DNA of 20,000 nucleotides from an uncultured virus (IMG/VR IMGVR_UViG_2808606498_000012) (Duplodnaviria; Heunggongvirae; Uroviricota; Caudoviricetes): IMG/VR virus record IMGVR_UViG_2808606498_000012; one strand, 5' to 3'. Shown piece by piece: positions 15,439 to 20,000 of this stretch (position 1 is its first letter; each line of letters starts with the position of its first letter). The notes under the pieces were generated by a model. It saw only the letters and a program-made list of their open reading frames with translations, ran no database searches and was not told where the DNA came from. The position numbers and the translations under genes were made by a program.

Positions 15439-16487
15439 GCGGCCTCCTCGGCGTCCGTCAGGTCGAACTCGATGTTTTCGGCCATGGCAGCACAGTCCAG
15501 GTCTTCGACCACGTATGCGTCGTTGCTCGATTCGTAGTTCTCGATGCGATCGCGGCGGGCGTTGTCCACCACCGTGCGGCGGCGCGACCCTTCCTGATAG
15601 TAGATGGACAGGTTGTCCAGCCGGGTCACCATCAGGCTAGCGGGCGGGAAGAACGGCACACGGACCGCCGGCAGGTTGCCGATACGCAGTTGGCTGACGA
15701 TGACATCGGCCGCCAGGCGCTCAGAGGGCGCCTGATCCGCATTGATGAGCGGGAAGTATTTGTCGGCAAGCAGTTGGCGCCCGCACAGCACGACCAGCTC
15801 GGGGTCCTCCGCGTACCACGGGGCCACCAGTTCGTTGACCAGTTGGAAGACCACCGCATCGAGTGTCGCGTAGTCGGCGCGGGTCCGCTTACCGTCCTTC
15901 AGGAGCTTGCCCACGACGATTTGATCGCGTGCCTTGCCGTCCCGCATAACGCGCGCGGGAGCGCCGTCGCGCACGTGCTGCAACCATCCCGTATTGACAT
16001 CTTGCAGCAGCGGGTTGGCGACACGGTTGGAAGTCGGCGTGCGCTTGACGCCGTTGAACCCGATCGTCATGCGGTCCAGTGCCTGGCGCTTGAGGATGGC
16101 ATCGCGGATGCGGGTCTGGAAGTCTGGGAACTTCGCCCAGGCGTCCAGCTTCTGGTAGGTGATGTGGGTATCCGAGTTGGTCTGCTCGCAGCGATAGCGG
16201 CGGCCGTCCAGCGTCGAAATGTCGGCCGTCTGGCGATCCTGCTGGCTGGTGTCGGTCGTGCTGGCGATCGGCCCGGATACGCCCAGGCCCAGCTTCTCGC
16301 CTTCCTGCTCGGTCACGGGATAGACGTTGATCTTGGAGAGGAATGCGCTCGATTCCTGCACCTTATTCTCAAGACGCTGCTGCACCGTCGGGCTGACGGT
16401 GAATTTCTCGTCGACGCGATCCACGCCGTTCAGCTTGGCGATTTCTGCCTTGTAGGCCGCGAAGAGGCGGCGGGTCTTGTTCTGCAT
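15435..16487 (-). CDS. gpN: Major capsid protein, P2 gpN-like (copy B)
   Basis: Start MQNKTRRLF (16487); LDAWAKFPDFQ, LDNLSIYYQ, YESSNDAYVVED. Confidence 0.96.
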   Translation of the reverse strand: MQNKTRRLFAAYKAEIAKLNGVDRVDEKFTVSPTVQQRLENKVQESSAFLSKINVYPVTEQEGEKLGLGVSGPIASTTDTSQQDRQTADISTLDGRRYRCEQTNSDTHITYQKLDAWAKFPDFQTRIRDAILKRQALDRMTIGFNGVKRTPTSNRVANPLLQDVNTGWLQHVRDGAPARVMRDGKARDQIVVGKLLKDGKRTRADYATLDAVVFQLVNELVAPWYAEDPELVVLCGRQLLADKYFPLINADQAPSERLAADVIVSQLRIGNLPAVRVPFFPPASLMVTRLDNLSIYYQEGSRRRTVVDNARRDRIENYESSNDAYVVEDLDCAAMAENIEFDLTDAEEAA

Positions 16488-16525
16488 GGTGTTGGCTCCG
16501 GTGGGATGGGGGTGGGTCGGCTGCC

Positions 16526-17368
16526 TCAGCAATCGGTCGTGATGACGGCTGCGCTACCGTCGCCGCCGGTGGCCGGCGGGCGCGCAGCGTAGGCGTCGGT
16601 CCGGTCCAGGTCGGCCTTGAGAGCGTGGAACTGTCGATCGCGCTCCGCGCCTTGCGCATTGAGCGCGGCGAGCTGGTCGGTCATGGCCTTGAATGCCGCG
16701 TTGAACTGCTCGCCGGTGGTCTGCAACTGCTGCGCGACGGTCTGCACGGCATCCTGTACGTCCGCAAAGCGGGCGTCGGTGGCGTCGTCGGACTTCCGCT
16801 GTTTGGAGAACAGCCGCTTGATGCTGTCGGCCAGGCTCGCGGGCGCACCGGCAGGCGTGTACGTGATCGGCTCCGAGAAATCCAGCGCCAGTTCCACGGC
16901 TTCGGTGAAGAGGTTGTCCGGGTGCTGCTTGCGCGCGGCGAGCGGGTTGGTCTTGGCCTGGGCGCTGAACTGCAGCACCTCGCATCCGAGGCTCGCCGGG
17001 TTGTCGGTCACGGCCAGACCGACCAGGTACGCCTCGCCGGTATCCGCGAAGCTCGGTCGCACTTCCATCGACGAAAAGATCTTCTGCCGCGCCTTGTTCA
17101 TGGCGATCAGATCGGCGGTGGGGTCGATCTGCGCGAGTAGGCGCATCTTGCCGTCCTGCTCTTCTGCGCGCAGCGCGGCCACATCGCCGTAAGCCTTGAA
17201 CGGGCCGGTCGGGTCGTAGCCGCGGATGTGCTCCAGGTTGATGCGCGCGGTGTAGGTCTCCGGGTTGTAGTTCTTCGCCATCTGGATCAGGTCATCACGA
17301 TCGATGACGCGGCCGTCGCTCGTCGCGCCTTCGGTCGCAATGCGGAAGAACTTGGTGGACTTCGCCAT
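16526..17368 (-). CDS. gpO: Capsid scaffolding protein, P2 gpO-like (copy B)
   Basis: Start MAKSTKFFRIATEGATSDGRVI (17368). Confidence 0.95.
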   Translation of the reverse strand: MAKSTKFFRIATEGATSDGRVIDRDDLIQMAKNYNPETYTARINLEHIRGYDPTGPFKAYGDVAALRAEEQDGKMRLLAQIDPTADLIAMNKARQKIFSSMEVRPSFADTGEAYLVGLAVTDNPASLGCEVLQFSAQAKTNPLAARKQHPDNLFTEAVELALDFSEPITYTPAGAPASLADSIKRLFSKQRKSDDATDARFADVQDAVQTVAQQLQTTGEQFNAAFKAMTDQLAALNAQGAERDRQFHALKADLDRTDAYAARPPATGGDGSAAVITTDC

Positions 17369-17399
17369 GGTGCTGTCGTGGGTGAGTGGTGGTGGTGCC

Positions 17400-17498
17400 A
17401 TCTTCGGCGGCGACCACCGTGCGGGCAACGCAGCGATGTTGTGAGGACCCGCGCCACAACAGGCGCCGCGTGGCACGCGCGCGCACGATCGGTAGCGT
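17400..17498. promoter_or_regulatory. Divergent late promoter with TGTTGT-N13-ACAACA (17437-17461), copy B
   Basis: Same motif and spacing: TAGCGT (+, 17493-17498) and GAAGAT (-, 17405-17400). Confidence 0.85.
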
Positions 17499-17504
17499 GG
17501 CGGC

Positions 17505-19286
17505 ATGACCACGCTGCCTCCGCTTGCCTCGCTCTCCATCGATCCCGAAAAGGACCCGCGCCGTATTGCGCGCACGCTGTATTGGCAGGGCTACCGCGTC
17601 GCCCGTATTGCCGAAATGCTGGGCGTCAAGGCTGTTACGGTGCACAGCTGGAAGCGGCGCGATGGGTGGGACGCGACGGATGCGGTGGAGCGTGTCGCGT
17701 CCAGCATCGAAGAGCGGATGGCGCGGCTGATCGCCAAGGACACGAAGGAAGGGCGGGACTACAAGGAGATCGACCTGCTCGGCCGGCAGATGGAGCGCCT
17801 GGCGCGCGTGCGCCGGTATGAGGCGTCAGGCAACGAGGCCGACCTGAACCCGAAGGTGGCGAACCGCAACAAGGGAGCGCGCCGCCAGCCCGAGCGCAAC
17901 GCTGTCAGCGAGGACCAGCACAAGCAACTCGTGGACGCCTTCCACGACGCGATGTTCGATTACCAGCGCGTCTGGTACGAGGCGGGGCAGGTCGAGCGCA
18001 TCCGCGACCTGCTGAAGTCGCGGCAGATCGGCGCCACGTGGTACTTCGCGCGCGAGGCGTTCATCGACGCACTGACCACGGGCCGCAACCAGATTTTTCT
18101 ATCGGCCAGCAAGGCGCAAGCGTATGTGTTCAAGCAATACATCGTCCAGTTCGCCAAGGACGCGGCCGGGGTCGAGCTGAAGGGCGATCCGATGGTGTTG
18201 CCCAATGGCGCCACGCTGTACTTCCTCGGGACAAACGCCCGCACCGCGCAGAGCTATCACGGCAACCTGTACTTCGACGAGTATTTCTGGGTGCCGCGGT
18301 TCCAGGAGCTGCGCAAGGTTGCCTCCGGGATGGCGATCCACAAGCACTGGCGGCAAACCTACTTCTCCACGCCCTCCAGCCTGGCCCATGAAGCGTATCC
18401 GTTCTGGTCTGGCGCGCTGTTCAACCGGGGCAAGGCGAAGGACGCGCAGGTCAAGATCGACATCAGCCACGCCGCACTGCGTGATGGCCTGCGCTGCGCG
18501 GATGGGCAGTGGCGCCAGATCGTGACGGTAGAGGACGCGCTGCGCGGCGGCTGCAACCTGTTCGACCTCGATCAGTTGCGCCTGGAGTACAGCGAGCCGG
18601 AATTTGCCAACCTGCTCATGTGCGCGTTCATTGATGACAACGCATCGGTGTTTCCGCTCTCGATGCTCATGCGCGGGATGGTGGACAGTTGGGAGGCCTG
18701 GGACGACTTCCGCCCGTTCGCGCCGCGCCCGTTCGGCAATCGGCAAGTATGGGTCGGCTATGACCCCAACGGCGGGGGCGGCGATAGCGCCGCGCAGGTG
18801 GTGGTGGCGCCTCCGCTGGTGCCGGGCGGCAAGTTCCGCGTGCTGGAGAAACACCAGTTCCGCGGCATCGACTACGAGGAACAGGCCGCTGCCATTCGCC
18901 GCGTGACCGAGCGTTACACCGTGGCCTACATCGGCATCGACCGTACCGGCATCGGTGATGCGGTTTACCAGCTCGTGAGCAAGTTCCGCCCCGATACCGA
19001 GGGATTTACCTACTCGGTCGATGTGAAGACGCGCCTGGTGCTCAAGGCACACGATGTCATCAGCAAAGGCCGGCTCGAATTCGACGCGGGGTGGACCGAC
19101 TTTGCCGCGTCTTTCCTGTCCATCAAGAAAACCGTCACCGCCGCCGGCGGCCGCGTCACCTATCAGGCCGGCCGCTCGGAGGACACCAGCCATGCCGACC
19201 TGGCGTGGGCCTGTATGCACGCGCTTTCGCACGAACCGCTCGAAGGCGCCACCACCACCAACACCAGCATCTTGGAGCTATCATGA
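17505..19286 (+). CDS. gpP: Terminase large subunit, P2 gpP-like (copy B)
   Basis: 593 aa, colinear paralog of 7133-8914. Confidence 0.97.
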   Translation: MTTLPPLASLSIDPEKDPRRIARTLYWQGYRVARIAEMLGVKAVTVHSWKRRDGWDATDAVERVASSIEERMARLIAKDTKEGRDYKEIDLLGRQMERLARVRRYEASGNEADLNPKVANRNKGARRQPERNAVSEDQHKQLVDAFHDAMFDYQRVWYEAGQVERIRDLLKSRQIGATWYFAREAFIDALTTGRNQIFLSASKAQAYVFKQYIVQFAKDAAGVELKGDPMVLPNGATLYFLGTNARTAQSYHGNLYFDEYFWVPRFQELRKVASGMAIHKHWRQTYFSTPSSLAHEAYPFWSGALFNRGKAKDAQVKIDISHAALRDGLRCADGQWRQIVTVEDALRGGCNLFDLDQLRLEYSEPEFANLLMCAFIDDNASVFPLSMLMRGMVDSWEAWDDFRPFAPRPFGNRQVWVGYDPNGGGGDSAAQVVVAPPLVPGGKFRVLEKHQFRGIDYEEQAAAIRRVTERYTVAYIGIDRTGIGDAVYQLVSKFRPDTEGFTYSVDVKTRLVLKAHDVISKGRLEFDAGWTDFAASFLSIKKTVTAAGGRVTYQAGRSEDTSHADLAWACMHALSHEPLEGATTTNTSILELS

Positions 19287-19339
19287 GTCGCAACAAGACC
19301 CGCCGCGCCGCGCGCGCGGCATTCGCCCACGCGCATGAG
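19283..19339 (+). CDS. gpQ: Portal protein 5' stub (copy B), cut by gap
   Basis: MSRNKTRRAARAAFAHAHE, overlapping the P stop as in copy A. Confidence 0.85.
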
Positions 19340-19439
19340 NNNNNNNNNNNNNNNNNNNNNNNNNNNNNNNNNNNNNNNNNNNNNNNNNNNNNNNNNNNNN
19401 NNNNNNNNNNNNNNNNNNNNNNNNNNNNNNNNNNNNNNN

Positions 19440-20000
19440 ACTGGCGAGGAAGCTGCGCCCGCTGGCAATGCTGGCGTGCCCGCCGCTGGTGATCGCGTGG
19501 TGTGCGTTGCTCTGCTGGTGCGTGCTGCCCGCCGTGCTGCTCTCGATCCCGGCCGGGCTGGCCAGCATCAGGTGCGGCTGCTGGAATTCGGGGAACCGCC
19601 CCTGCGCCGGGTCGCCGCCGCGGCCCTTCAGGTCGGCATTCTGCTGCTTCAGGCTGCGGGCCACCTCGTCTTGGTCGTCCGCCTGCTGCGCCCCGGCTGT
19701 GCGCGCCGCCTCCGACAAGCGCTCGTGCATGTCGTGCGCCACCGTCAGCCGCGCCACCGGCTCGCCCACATCCATCATGTGGCGCTGCCCGGCGGGCAAG
19801 GCTTCGGTGGTGAGCTGCAAGCCGGCGGCGGCACGGTTCACGCCGTGCCCCTCGGTATCCAGCGCATAGCCCTGGCCGCGCGGGTTCTGCCGGCCTGCCG
19901 TGCCGTCGATCCGCGTAATGTGCCCCAGGCTCAGCGAACTGTTCAGGTGGTCGCTCTTCAGCTGCGCCTGGATCCTGCCTGCGGTGTCGTCCAGGGCTAA
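19440..20000 (-). CDS. vgrG: VgrG spike protein, internal C-terminal fragment (T6SS_Vgr / DUF2345 region)
   Basis: Open frame from the window edge: LALDDTAGRIQAQLKSDHLNSSLSLGHITRI..RQNPRGQGYALDTEGHG...FPEFQQPHLMLASPAGIESST..STHQQS. Confidence 0.88.

Larger units (their letters stand above)
13630..19339. mobile_element. P2-like prophage B, head module contig
   Basis: Same gene order as prophage A with many substitutions and indels, so a distinct element rather than a duplicate contig. Confidence 0.92.

Noticed and set aside
13630..19339. Capsid-forming satellite or tailocin interpretation
   Set aside because: It is a standard P2 helper head module continuing into lysis genes; no satellite integrase or primase, and capsid genes exclude a tailocin.
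19320..19339. Insertion sequence disrupting portal B at the contig end
   Set aside because: Too few bases to identify a terminal repeat; an ordinary contig break explains it.

Overview
Draft-assembly scaffold with seven N gaps (311-410, 948-1047, 2602-2701, 2920-2937, 3175-3274, 13530-13629, 19340-19439) from a high-GC betaproteobacterium. It is probably Ralstonia, inferred from the phiRSA1-like phage genes and promoter motif. The window holds pieces of two related but distinct P2-like prophages. Copy A (about 411-9996) has tail completion S/R, spanins, endolysin, two holin-like genes and X, L, M, N, O, P, Q. Copy B (13630-19339, probably also 1-310) has a partial holin-like gene, X, L, M, N, O, P and the start of Q. 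On the same ungapped contig as copy A, 66 bp after the portal stop, lies a convergent type VI secretion effector-immunity module: a Tle3-like lipase effector preceded by at least two Tli3-like lipoprotein immunity genes. A vgrG (DUF2345-type) fragment on the same strand ends the window. The main observations are: (1) T6SS cargo at the P2 portal-proximal hotspot; (2) a duplicated immunity-end/effector-start junction; (3) a structured M-L intergenic element with a compensatory base-pair change between the two phages; (4) a symmetric divergent late promoter with a probably leaderless terminase gene; (5) an o-spanin fully embedded in the i-spanin; (6) a shared 63-mer at contig ends indicating that the two phages were collapsed during assembly. 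All family calls come from motif recognition and synteny, not database searches.
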